Assembly (NCBI GenBank): GCA_020184695.1
Contig: JAANOX010000070.1
Location: 186,001-250,000, forward strand
Length of the DNA stretch: 64,000 bases
Origin: Histomonas meleagridis 2922-C6/04-290x
Lineage: Eukaryota > Protista > Parabasalia
Direction of reading: 5' to 3'
In this document: piece by piece, positions 11,396 through 22,899 of the stretch
Layout of the letters: each line of letters opens with the position of its first letter
How positions within the stretch are numbered: the first letter of the stretch is position 1
Made by a program: the position numbers and the translations under genes
Notes under the pieces: generated by a model
Seen by the model: the letters and a program-made list of their open reading frames with translations, nothing else
Database searches by the model: none
What the model was told of the DNA's origin: nothing

Positions 11396-14300
11396 ATGGA
11401 AAAAAAGCACCAATTCATAATTTCTGATGAGTGTCATTATATTCTAGCCGAACTACAACTTCCCCCTCAACGAAATATTATACAAGGACTTCAAGAAGAA
11501 ATCAAACAAATTCAATTTCGAATATGGTCAAAATCAGAAATTCCCTCTGTGCTCGAAATCTTATCTCCATTTTCAAAAATTATAACATATCCACGTTCCA
11601 CAGATGTTTTAACATCCATAGCAATTAATTCACTCAGTCGATTTGAAAAATCAGGTCTTTTCAAAACAACAGAAGAAATATCAGGGCTAATTAAATGCCT
11701 TTGTGAATGTCAATATCAATTAACATCCGAGTCTGCTTGTATAACATTAATGGTACAAATCTTTTCAATCTTTATTGACATACTTAATACATCATCACAC
11801 CTCATTGATTGTTCTTTTTTTGAGTTATTATTTAAGTTTTGTGAACAAGATGTTCGTCAACTTACACAAAATGGACCACATTCAATAATTCTAACACAAG
11901 TGCTTTCACGTATTATGTACTTAATTCTTACTCGTGATGACCTTAAGCCTCTTTCTTCGCAATCTCTTTCTTCACTTTTTCATATTGCAGATTATGTATA
12001 TTATGGCAATGATTGGGTTTCCCGAAATGTTTCTTTTAAGGTGCTTATTTCCATTGCAGAAGAATATCCGACCATTCCAGATCAACTTATTACCATCACA
12101 TGTGTTCTTCTTCATCAACAACTAAATTTCCAAGACACGCGAGAAAACTTTGTTAATTCCCTTCGTTTATTTTTTGTCGTTTTTTCCACAAATTGGACGC
12201 ATTCAGTTACTCCATTTACAGAACTTTTTGAGAGCATTCTCAATTTCTGTTCGTCGAACAAAGTCTCTCAATCTCTTCGATCAACAGCGTTTAATATTTT
12301 AATCGATTTTATCTCACAAACCAATTTTGTGGTTACTTTATATTCTAATTTTATTCATAATTCTTATTTTTCAAGTCTATTAGAGAAATTTTTAAATCTT
12401 GTATCGACAGTTGCAGAAATTCCATCAAGTTTACCCGAATCACAAAGCATTGCACTTTCACTTATAACCACATTAATTTCACAATTATCATTAGATACGA
12501 GTAATACGCGAAGTTATATATGTGAAAACAATCCAATAATTAATGAACTTAATAACCAAGAAAATTCTCATGAAAAATTCGTCAAAGAATTTAATGAGAA
12601 TACGTCATCATTTATAAATTCGAATATTCCATCGAAAGAATTTGCGAAAATGTTATTTTCCGAGCGAGGAATATCTAAAGATGCAATTGGTAAATTTTTC
12701 GGACATAACAAACCTTATTGTAATGAAGTTCTTCAAGAATATATTAATTTATTTGACTTTTCACAATTAGATATTGATCAATCGATTCGATTATTTTTGT
12801 CATCGTTTCGAATTCCTGGTGAAGGACAAATAGTTGATCGATTGTTAGATATGTTTTCGATATCATTTTATAATTCGCATCCGAATTCGAATATATTCTC
12901 TGATGCTGCATCTGTACATGTGTTTTCTGTTGCTTGGTTAATGTTACATACTTCATTACATAATAATAACGTTGCAAATAAAGAAACGTTTCCGGGTTTT
13001 TTAAGTATGTTAAAAGGTCAAAACAATGGAAAAGATTATGATGCACAATTTCTTTCGAATATATTCGACTTAGTAAAACGAATTCCAATTTCATTAGAAA
13101 AAGATACACAATCAAATTCTACTTCATATTGGGAACTTTTATTACAACAAGACAAAGTTAAAGATATAAAAATTTGTGATTTTAATATAACTGAACAACC
13201 TTTAATAGTCATTAAATTGTTTAAAGAAATTTGGCAATTAGCGGCGCCAATATTTACTGTTTTATTTGAGCATTCGATTGAGGGTAATTTAATTGTACTT
13301 GAGTCGTTTTCTAAATGTGCTTCTATAGCTTCATATTATCGACTTCATGATATCCTTGATAACTTAATTGTGAATTTATGTAACTTAACACATATAAATC
13401 CTAAAATTGGGTTTTTCGATGAAAAATCAAAAAAAGTGTTTAGTACATTATCATTAATCATATTCGATAATGGTTCACAAGTTCAAGAAGGCTGGAAATG
13501 GTTTTTAGAGCTTATATTACAATTATTTAAAATGGATATATTACCCGAAGAAATGCGAACGCAAAATAACATATGTAAAGAGAATGAAAATGTTATAATC
13601 GGTCCACAAATGTTTAAGAAATCAACGCGAAGGAATTCATCAGTACTTTCATTCTTTAGAATTTTAGGCGCATATGAAAACGAAGATGAAAATGAAGGTG
13701 TTCCTGATGAGTTACAAATAAATGAACAAAAAACATTTTTAAGGGAATGTAAAATCCATCAAATCATTGATAATTCATTACATTTTTCATCTCAATCATT
13801 TGGATATTTTATCAAATCTTTAGTAATTATCACGCAACAATTTATTACAAATATTTTGGATAAACCAACAGAAATATCAATTTGTATTCATTGGATAACA
13901 CAATCAGCGATTATTAATTCGGAAAGAATATATCAATATTGGAACATAATTTATGAGTTATATTTAAATATATTTAATTCGGTACAATTAAATCGAACAA
14001 TTTTATTATTGTTACAAAGAATATTAAATTCAATGTTTAATTTGATGAATCATTTTTGGACCCAACAAAAGTTCCGTAAAGAATTAATCGATTTATTAGA
14101 GAAATCGACACAATTTGATCAGAAAATATTCGAATCGTTATTACCCGAATTAGTACATGGATTAAATTCCTTCTTTTCATTACATATATCATCATTTGCG
14201 TCATTCTTTAAATATAAAGGCGCGTTAAACATATTAAACTTATCATATAATTATACCGAAATATCAACGATAAATTTACTTAATTCATTAATAAACAAAT

Positions 14301-14869
14301 TTTTGATATTACCTAATCAACCAGGTATCGATAATTTGACTGATTTTTGGATCCCTTTTTTACAAACAATAGTAATATATTGTTTGAAAAATACGAATGA
14401 AGAATATTACCCAATATTTGCAAACCTTCAAACATTATTAAGGTTCCAATCAATAAAAAATCAAACGCCGCAAATGTGGGATCAAATATTCGAATGGATT
14501 CTTTTCCCGGCGTTTTCTTCTTTGCCTTCGGAAATCGCAATACAAAGGAAAAAGTCTCCAAATATAATAGAAAGATCTGTCCTAATGACAAAGGCAATTT
14601 ATAAGGTGTTTCTGACAGATTATAACTTTTTATCGGATTTGCCAAACTTCGAAAGAATTTGGTTTAGAATGATTCAGTATTCGCTGAATTTGACAAGAAT
14701 GAAAATTAGAGACTTTAACGAGTTGGTGCCCGAATTGTTGGGAAACGCTTTGTTCGTGTTGAAACAAGGCGGCGTATTCGATACAGAAGAGAGAAAGCAA
14801 CAATGGATTGATTCGTGCGAGACAATTCGACCGCTGTTACCAAAGTTCGATAGCTTGTTTAATGAGTGA
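11396..14869 (+). CDS. Large Sec7-domain ARF guanine-nucleotide exchange factor (GBF1/BIG-like)
   Basis: Sec7 motifs FRIPGEGQIVDRLLDMF (catalytic Glu) and AWLMLHTSLHN; helical flanking domains; 1157 aa. Confidence 0.9.
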   Translation: MEKKHQFIISDECHYILAELQLPPQRNIIQGLQEEIKQIQFRIWSKSEIPSVLEILSPFSKIITYPRSTDVLTSIAINSLSRFEKSGLFKTTEEISGLIKCLCECQYQLTSESACITLMVQIFSIFIDILNTSSHLIDCSFFELLFKFCEQDVRQLTQNGPHSIILTQVLSRIMYLILTRDDLKPLSSQSLSSLFHIADYVYYGNDWVSRNVSFKVLISIAEEYPTIPDQLITITCVLLHQQLNFQDTRENFVNSLRLFFVVFSTNWTHSVTPFTELFESILNFCSSNKVSQSLRSTAFNILIDFISQTNFVVTLYSNFIHNSYFSSLLEKFLNLVSTVAEIPSSLPESQSIALSLITTLISQLSLDTSNTRSYICENNPIINELNNQENSHEKFVKEFNENTSSFINSNIPSKEFAKMLFSERGISKDAIGKFFGHNKPYCNEVLQEYINLFDFSQLDIDQSIRLFLSSFRIPGEGQIVDRLLDMFSISFYNSHPNSNIFSDAASVHVFSVAWLMLHTSLHNNNVANKETFPGFLSMLKGQNNGKDYDAQFLSNIFDLVKRIPISLEKDTQSNSTSYWELLLQQDKVKDIKICDFNITEQPLIVIKLFKEIWQLAAPIFTVLFEHSIEGNLIVLESFSKCASIASYYRLHDILDNLIVNLCNLTHINPKIGFFDEKSKKVFSTLSLIIFDNGSQVQEGWKWFLELILQLFKMDILPEEMRTQNNICKENENVIIGPQMFKKSTRRNSSVLSFFRILGAYENEDENEGVPDELQINEQKTFLRECKIHQIIDNSLHFSSQSFGYFIKSLVIITQQFITNILDKPTEISICIHWITQSAIINSERIYQYWNIIYELYLNIFNSVQLNRTILLLLQRILNSMFNLMNHFWTQQKFRKELIDLLEKSTQFDQKIFESLLPELVHGLNSFFSLHISSFASFFKYKGALNILNLSYNYTEISTINLLNSLINKFLILPNQPGIDNLTDFWIPFLQTIVIYCLKNTNEEYYPIFANLQTLLRFQSIKNQTPQMWDQIFEWILFPAFSSLPSEIAIQRKKSPNIIERSVLMTKAIYKVFLTDYNFLSDLPNFERIWFRMIQYSLNLTRMKIRDFNELVPELLGNALFVLKQGGVFDTEERKQQWIDSCETIRPLLPKFDSLFNE

Positions 14870-15325
14870 ACGAATGAATCATTTACGCGAAATTATAACA
14901 ATAATTTTATAAATTATAAATAATAATTTTTGTGTTTATTATTTGATTTTAAGTATTTTTATTGTTTTTTTCGAATTGTATGTTATTATGTACTGTATTT
15001 TGGTTTCAAATTAACATAAAAAAATAATGAAAAATCAAGATGAAATATTTCATACTTATAGCAATCGGTGGTAAATTCATTAATGACGTAAAAATAAATC
15101 ATATGATAAGATGATGCATAATATTTATAACTTATCATAATTTTATCAAATAATCACAGGTGATGTGTTAAGGCTTTAATTATCATTTTACATTTCATTC
15201 ATCAAAAAATCATTAAAGAAACATTGTAATCGATTACAAAATTTTTTGTCACAAATGACTCATATTTGAATGCGGTTATTTCATCGTACTGTGACATTTC
15301 GATGGATATGACACATCACTTTTTC

Positions 15326-18095
15326 ATGCTAGATTTGGAGAAACTCCAAGTTCTCGAGAAAACAATATTCCGTCTCAACGAAAATAATATTGCAGAAGTA
15401 GTTCAAGATGTAATTAAACAATTAGATGAAAATTATCCTGATACTTTTAATTATTGTGTTTGTAGTTTGATCTATTCACTTATAATTTCCACAAATTTCA
15501 AACTACTCAATACTTGCATTGACTTTTTAATCCAACTTAATCAAGCAGAAAAAGATTCAAACAAACAAAAACGCGATATTTTTGAAATTTTCCGAAACTT
15601 AACACGAGCAGAAACACAAGAATACAATTATCTTCTTTATGAACTTATCAAACGTCATTTAATTGATGAAAGTGAAGCCAAAACACGCATGAGTTTATAT
15701 TTTGCTCAGTATAGGAACGATATTGAAATCAATATCTTGCTTAAGAATAATCATCAATTTCGTAAAGAATTCAGACGTAAAAGGTACCAAGTCTCTAAAA
15801 ATGATTGGGAACTCCATAAACAACTTATTGAAGAAGGAAAAAATCCATCAGAAATACTTGAAATCATTCGAAATGATGATATTGAAAGATTAAAGACAAT
15901 TTACAAAGAAGAAGGAGAAGATTTATATGAAATATTAGACCAAATACGTCCATCACTTTATGAAAGGTGCTCATATATTAATAATGAGTATACAACATTG
16001 ATAGACTTTTGTGCATTTTATGGATCAGTTCAATGTTTCAAATTTTGTTTAGAAATTGATGGCTTATCTGCTGATGTATTCAAACATGCGATTGCAGGAG
16101 GAAATTCAGAAATTATTCGAATATGTGAAGAGGAATTACCAGAAATTAAAGAAAGAAATTATTATGTATATAAAAAATCATATAAAGATGGATTACAAAC
16201 AGCAACACAATTCCATAGGAATAATCTTTTCTTTAATTCGAAGAAGAAAATCGCTAAATTAAATTTAAATCAATTGGGAGAGACATGTATTAAATACGAC
16301 AATTATGAAGTATTAGCATTTTTGTTGAAAAAAGGATTAGAAATAAGTGATAATATGATTCTTGATTCAGCAAAAACAGGTTATCTCTTGATGGCTTTCC
16401 AACAGCAAAACGTGGAATTACCAAATAATATTTTATCATATGCTGTTAGATTTGATAACGCTGAATTTTGTAAATATCTTATGGAGAAAGAAAAATTTGA
16501 TATTAATGTAATTATTTCTTGATTTCTTTTGGAGCAGCACTCTCAAATGCTGCATTCTATGGAAGCTTAGAAACTGTTAAATTACTTCTTTCATGTGGTA
16601 TTGATATTAATACAAAGGATATTTAATCGTTTTGCTTGAGATATGTTTTAATCATTTTATATTTTAAAATAATATTTGGAAAATGTTTAAATTATTTAAT
16701 ACACCAATTATTAATGCTGTTAATCAAAATCAAGTTGAAATGGTTAAATTACTTCTTAATCAAAAAGGAATTGATGTTAAAGTTACAGATTTTTGTTTGT
16801 TTTGTTTGATATCTATTTTGATCGTTTTCAATATCTTTTGTTAATTTAAAGTTTGTTTGAGTTATTTGTTCCACTATTGTTAATTCCTTTCCAAACTAAT
16901 AATATTGAACTTATTAAAGTACTTCTTCAAAATAAAAAAATTAATCCTAATGTTAAAGATTTTTATATATTTGTTATAAAAATTGTTTAAATTTTTTTAT
17001 GTTTTATTTGTTGTTTTGGTATTTAATTTAATTAAATGTAACACCACTTATGTTAGCATCAGAATATGGAAATATTGAATCTGTCAAATTACTTCTTAAA
17101 TGTGAAGGAATTGATCTTAATATTCAAAGTATTTAAATATTCTATTTCATGTTTATTCATTTTGTTTTTTGTTTATATCAATAAATTGGAATTTTTTAAT
17201 AATATTTAATACAGCATTAATGGTTGCTTATCGTCGTGGTCATGATGATATTGTTCAATTATTATTACAACAAAAAGGAATTGATGTTAACATAAAAGAT
17301 ATTTCTTTTTTTTATTTGAAATTTCTTTTTGATTATATGATGTTTTAATATAATAATTGGAATTTATTTCATATTTTTAATTCAATCCTTACATTTGCAA
17401 TTAAAGAAGGTGATACTGATACTGTTAAATTAATTCTTTCGCAAGAAGAATTTCAAAAAAAAGAATTAGAAATTTATTTAAAATTTGTTTTGTTCAATTG
17501 ATATTTATTTTAACTATTTTAAGATGTTTTTATGTTAGCAGTTAAAATAGGTAATGTTGAAGCTCTTAAATTACTTATTGAGGAAGGAGTTAATATTAAT
17601 GTAATAGGTATTCATTTGTTATATTTCAAGTTAATTTTGAATATTTTCAATATATTTTAATGATTTGGTGTTAATTTAACTTGTTGCAAACACCACTTCT
17701 TTTGGCTTTCGTAGCAAGAAAAATTGAAACAATTAAATTCCTTCTTGCACAAAAAGATATTGATGTAAATATTCAAAATATTTTATTAATTGATTTGTTG
17801 TTAATTTTAAATATTTTTAATTTATATTGATAATTTGGAGTTTATATCAATTATTTTTAAATGCACTTATGTATGCCATTATACTTAATTGGATTGATAT
17901 TGTTAAAATACTTCTTGAGAAAGGTGCTAATGTCAATGATAAAAACATTAATATTTAAAATTTGATTATTATTTAAATATTTTGAAGTTTATATTTTTAA
18001 TAAGGAGTTTAATAAATTTATTTTTAACATCACTTGAAATGGCGAAGAAATTTGGACGTGCTGAAATAGTGGAATTACTAGAAAGCAAGAAATAA
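15326..18095 (+). CDS. Locus B: DUF3447-like/ankyrin protein; ORF 15326-16522 continues through 10 interrupted ankyrin units to TAA 18093-18095
   Basis: Family motifs KNDWELHK, EIIRNDDIE, LIDFCAFYGSVQCFKFC; downstream stop-free cores end in TSLEMAKKFGRAEIVELLESKK*. One recovered loop codon is TAA (17520-17522). Confidence 0.7.
16514..18095 (+). repeat. Ankyrin array B with 17-nt + codon loop modules
   Basis: Recovered loops G, EYGN, DSKV, KYGV, HFGN, EDGN, KD*, QSGQ, VLGL, DEGL. Confidence 0.88.
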
Positions 18096-18294
18096 TTTGA
18101 GAAACTCAATAAACATTTTCAACCATTAACTTTTGTTTGTATTTTAACAATTTTTAAATACAGATTTAGCTCAATTTTACAACTTAAAAAATATCTGATG
18201 AAATATTAAAGCAGATTTATCTTTAAAAATTTCGTTCTGATAGCAAAAAAAAAAGTTGAAACAATTTAATAATATTTATTTAATATAGAACACA

Positions 18295-19728
18295 TTATTG
18301 CCATGTATCATCAGTTGTAGGTTGGAAAGAATTCATTTTTTCATCGAACTTTTCAAACTCATAAATCAAATCCATATCTTCGGAGCTATTACATTCCTCT
18401 GCTAATTCATCGCAATTCACATTTTCAATTATTATTTCATACACATGTGTTAATCGCTCATTAATGTCAGGCACCTCAAAAATTTTATTAAATGCGCACA
18501 GTAGCTTAAAGTTTATTTCGGGCTTCATTAAAAAGAGCTCACAAAAAAACAAAATAATTTCGTCTTTTTCGATGATTAATGTTTTCATCTGATAATCAGA
18601 TAATTCGATCACTGAACAAAACAATTGTAACGCATCAATTTTTTCTCGCGTACTAAAATTAGAAATGTTTTCAATCAAAAATTCGAAAATTCTTAACACA
18701 TCATTAAAAAGTTTCCGAAGCATCATTGACGAATGATTTTTAATATTTTCTTGATTTTCATAATTTAATTGAATCAAATTGTTTGTTAAGCGTAATACTG
18801 ATGAAAAACAACTTGGAAAAGTTTGTAATGCCCCAAAAATAAAATTGGAAAATTCAATACAATCGACCATATTTTCTCTGAATTTTTGTGGGGAATCGTT
18901 CGTTATATTGATAAAAACCTCCAAAACCGTTTCGGCGGTTTCTTCACTTTTTGATGCAACAAAACATAAAAGCTTCAAATCGCTTTCGTTAATTACATTC
19001 ATCAATTCATTTCTGTGGCATCGAGACGCAGCTTCTATTGCATCTAGTGATGCATTTAATATATCGATATTTTCAATTTGAATTGATCGAAATAATAATA
19101 AGATTATTTCATTAAAATTTAAGAGTGGGAAAAAATCTTCTTTATCTAATAGATCTTCAAAAAAGCATACAATTAACCCAAAAAGATTGCAGACAATAGA
19201 AAAATCATTTTGGAAAAGGCTTTTAAGTAATTCAACAGAACAAGAAACTGCTTTTTCACCAAGTTTAGAAGCTTCATACGAACCAGCATTAGCAATATTG
19301 CTAAAGATAGATATTATGTATTCAGCGTGTTGAATCGAAGCTTGGGAAAGAGTATCTATTAAAAAATCAATAATTTCTTGGTTTAAAAATTGATGAATTA
19401 TTTTGGGATTATCTGAAATGACATCAAATGTGTCTAATAAAAAATCGATGTTAATTTTTTGTTCTTTATAAAAATAAAAAAATACTTGAAGAATTGGACA
19501 ATTAATAAGTGCAATAGTTGACGATTCAGGCCAAAATTCAAAAAGATTAGTTAAATTCGTAAGAAGCTGTTCGGATGGTTCTGCAAAAAGTGATTTGGTT
19601 GAAATAATCAATGAAGAAAATTTTTCTTTATCTTCATCTATTGGCTCAACAGCAGGTAAGGATGGTGTTTCATCGGTTGTAATTAAAGTCGCCCTGTTTT
19701 TTTGGCGAGCCATCCTTTTGTATTCCAT
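18295..19728 (-). CDS. ARM/HEAT-like helical repeat protein (possibly importin-alpha-like, divergent)
   Basis: 477-aa ORF with amphipathic helical pattern (ISIFSNIANAG, LEVFINITND); family assignment is weak. Confidence 0.55.
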   Translation of the reverse strand: MEYKRMARQKNRATLITTDETPSLPAVEPIDEDKEKFSSLIISTKSLFAEPSEQLLTNLTNLFEFWPESSTIALINCPILQVFFYFYKEQKINIDFLLDTFDVISDNPKIIHQFLNQEIIDFLIDTLSQASIQHAEYIISIFSNIANAGSYEASKLGEKAVSCSVELLKSLFQNDFSIVCNLFGLIVCFFEDLLDKEDFFPLLNFNEIILLLFRSIQIENIDILNASLDAIEAASRCHRNELMNVINESDLKLLCFVASKSEETAETVLEVFINITNDSPQKFRENMVDCIEFSNFIFGALQTFPSCFSSVLRLTNNLIQLNYENQENIKNHSSMMLRKLFNDVLRIFEFLIENISNFSTREKIDALQLFCSVIELSDYQMKTLIIEKDEIILFFCELFLMKPEINFKLLCAFNKIFEVPDINERLTHVYEIIIENVNCDELAEECNSSEDMDLIYEFEKFDEKMNSFQPTTDDTWQ

Positions 19729-20129
19729 TCAGTGGTGTCTTCTTTTGTAAACGGACAAATTAACTTTTTTATAACTTTACATCAAAAAAATCCTTACCAA
19801 GGAAAAAAGGCAAAAAAGATTTTTTGGTTTGTCGTGACTAAAATATTCATTATACGACTTAAAAAGGATATGGCAATGCAGTTTCATTGAGTTAACTTTT
19901 CCTCCAATAAGTGATACATTATTCAAAAATTTAGCAATGTCAAGAACACAAAACAATAAATAGAGATTTGAAGGGATGGAGAAATTTTAACACCAAGTAA
20001 ATTAATATTTTTTTTTGTATAAAAATTGAAGAGTTTTTTTGGATTGAATTGATAACTAGCCAGATAGTTATTGAAAAAGTTGTTATTCTTTTGACTATTT
20101 ATAAACCGTAATTTTAAGGTACCCTGGAT

Positions 20130-22529
20130 TTGCTTGTGTTTCTTGAGATTGTTTTATTAGGATCTTTAGTCAAATGTCATAACTTCATTTATGATTATAA
20201 AATTTATCATTGCAGTGATAATGGGTGTACAAGAAAACATCCTGCTACAATTATTCAAACTGATAATTTATACAATATTCAAGTATTTTCAATTAATTCA
20301 TCAAATAAATATGATGACAAATTAATGGCTGATTTTACCCCATGTTTTGTTCCTTGCAGTTATGAAGATTTCCAATATTTTGATTCAAAATTACTAACTA
20401 AAAACTCAACTTCATGGAATTATTTCATCACTCCTAAGGCACCTGGTGAGTACTGTTTTAAGCTTATTCCAAAATTTAATATGTCAAATAACTTTCATCA
20501 AGTGATTCGATTTTCAACATATCCTCATTCATATCCAGTCAATGAACTTATTTCATTCGAGCAACAATATAAAAATCACCAAATTAAATCAGTCATCCAA
20601 CAAATTTCCTCATCAAATTTTTTGATAATAAATGAAAATTCAAATTCAATTCTTCTCTTTTCAACAAACAACTATCGTTCTTTTTTCATTGTTCCACTTT
20701 ATTCCATTTCTCCTTCGCAATATAGTGTATTTTCTGATCATTTTAATACTTTTGCATTTAATTTCAACACCAACAAATCTCTCATTTATTCGAATGGTTT
20801 ATCTTATCAACTTGATGAATGTATAATAAAAGCTATTGATTGGTCACAAAACACTTCTTCTGTTGCATGTCTTTCTCTACGAACAGGAAAAATATTCATT
20901 CAAAAACTAAGTGAAGAAATCAATTTTTTATCAGATCAAAATCATCAAAACTTTTTATATATTAATGAAACGAATGAACGAATTATATCGAGTGAATTTG
21001 TGTCAATTAATTCTGATTCTCTTTCACTTATTGTTATTCTTATCAATGAACAAAAAGAATATGAAATTCGATATTTAAGTGTTACACAATTACCAAATTA
21101 TATAACTTTCCCACATTATATATATAACAAAACTTATAATTATGAAAATCCACAAAGTTTTAATAGGAAATTTATTAAACAAACAAAGAATTTACAGCCA
21201 ATTGTTATTAATGGATTACAACATCTAAATAAGAATTATCCACAGTTTTTGTTATATTATGGAAACTTTTTAGCGATTTCTTCTTCATATGGAAATATTC
21301 CTTATTTGACAATGACATTTGAAAACAATGAAACAATAACAAAAATAATTTCATCTTCGTTTAGTTCTAAATTTGCTTTTTTAACTAATAAAAATAATTT
21401 GTTTTTTGGCGATGTGTTTTCTAATAAATATAATCATGTTAAAATAGATAATTCATCAAAAGACATTGTAATAGAATTTGATGAAAATGATATTTTAAAT
21501 GTGATTGATATGAATAACATAACAAATATTAAACATTATACATATGATAATAATTATTGTGAAACAAATATTCAAATTAAATCATTTGAAATTTCGAAAT
21601 TTTCACGAATAAAAATCCCTAAAAATATAAATAATTTTATCCCTTCTCATATATATCTTTATTCTAATAAATCATTTATCTTACAAATTTCTTTAAAGAC
21701 AAATAATGAAAACAATGATTTAATTATATATAATTCCGAATATGTTATAATTACTAAAAACAAATTCTTCGATTATTATAATAATTTATTAATTTTTAAT
21801 GTTTCAATACAACAAAATCAAAACATTAAAATTGCATCGAAAAGTCGTGTCGAACTCTTTCTGAAAGATGTAAATCCACAATGCGAACACTTTCATACAT
21901 CAATTGAAGTAACTTGTGGTTATGTACCGAATATTACATTTAATTATCAACAACAAAATGTTCATAATAAAGAAAAAATTGATATAATTCCTTTTTATAA
22001 GAAATGGAAACCCGAATTTTATATTTATGATGAAATTCTTAACACTAAAACATTATATAAAGGTCTTTATAAATTAGAACTAATTGGATCTGGTGAAACA
22101 TTAGAGAAAATTAAATTATTTAAAAATATAACGAAAATAAACTTTGGCGATTATAAACGAATTTGGTCATACGAAACAATGAAACAAAACTTATATTCGA
22201 AATATAAAAATAATTCCATACAATGGATATGTCAAAAAGGTTCGAAATGTGGGAAAACTTCGAAATTTTCGGATCCAACAAAAATTTATTTAATGTTTAA
22301 AGTTACTTCGATACCGAATAACGAAGAAGGAATTTATTGTTCGTTCTCATCGAATTTTGTTATATTGTTAAGTAATATACCAATGAATATAAATATAATG
22401 AAAATGTTTTTGTGCGTTTCGTTTGCGTTTTGTTTAATTGTTTTCTTCATTTGTTATTTGTTTAGAAATAAGCTGATGTTTATAAACGAGCCAATAAAAT
22501 TAATATCAATTGATAAGAAGTTGAGTTAA
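20130..22529 (+). CDS. Single-pass membrane protein resembling CatSper auxiliary subunit gamma
   Basis: N-terminal hydrophobic leader, large beta-rich ectodomain and C-terminal TM. Juxtamembrane motifs PEFYIYD..YKGLYKLELIGSGETL, IQWIC..C and FKV..YC..F...NIP resemble my recollection of CATSPERG. No in-frame ATG before 20325. Confidence 0.55.
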   Translation: MLVFLEIVLLGSLVKCHNFIYDYKIYHCSDNGCTRKHPATIIQTDNLYNIQVFSINSSNKYDDKLMADFTPCFVPCSYEDFQYFDSKLLTKNSTSWNYFITPKAPGEYCFKLIPKFNMSNNFHQVIRFSTYPHSYPVNELISFEQQYKNHQIKSVIQQISSSNFLIINENSNSILLFSTNNYRSFFIVPLYSISPSQYSVFSDHFNTFAFNFNTNKSLIYSNGLSYQLDECIIKAIDWSQNTSSVACLSLRTGKIFIQKLSEEINFLSDQNHQNFLYINETNERIISSEFVSINSDSLSLIVILINEQKEYEIRYLSVTQLPNYITFPHYIYNKTYNYENPQSFNRKFIKQTKNLQPIVINGLQHLNKNYPQFLLYYGNFLAISSSYGNIPYLTMTFENNETITKIISSSFSSKFAFLTNKNNLFFGDVFSNKYNHVKIDNSSKDIVIEFDENDILNVIDMNNITNIKHYTYDNNYCETNIQIKSFEISKFSRIKIPKNINNFIPSHIYLYSNKSFILQISLKTNNENNDLIIYNSEYVIITKNKFFDYYNNLLIFNVSIQQNQNIKIASKSRVELFLKDVNPQCEHFHTSIEVTCGYVPNITFNYQQQNVHNKEKIDIIPFYKKWKPEFYIYDEILNTKTLYKGLYKLELIGSGETLEKIKLFKNITKINFGDYKRIWSYETMKQNLYSKYKNNSIQWICQKGSKCGKTSKFSDPTKIYLMFKVTSIPNNEEGIYCSFSSNFVILLSNIPMNINIMKMFLCVSFAFCLIVFFICYLFRNKLMFINEPIKLISIDKKLS

Positions 22530-22899
22530 TAATATATCAGTTTAGTTTGTTTAAAATTATTAATAAAAAAAAATATTTCTTTTTTTCAGTATTAAAAGTG
22601 TAAGTAAAAAATTTAAAATATTCTTTTGATTCAGATATAATTTCTTATGATGTTCTTTCTAAAACTAATTATGTTCATAAATAAAATTTGTTGTATTCAT
22701 ATATATATATGAATAAACACTTTTTATCATACTTATTTGTCTAGTCAAGTCTAAATTAGATTGGTTAACAAGAATTTTATTTTCATTTTAACATTAACGA
22801 TCTTCCATAAAAATTGAAGAAAAAATACACATGAGGCTGAACTCAAAAACTATTATATATCTTTCATAAAAAGCAATTAGAAATGTTTGGTTTAGTGTT

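Noticed and set aside
16621-16700. One programmed -1 frameshift per repeat with the spacer translated
   Set aside because: Both relevant frames contain TAA in this spacer, and array E spacers occur in all three phases.
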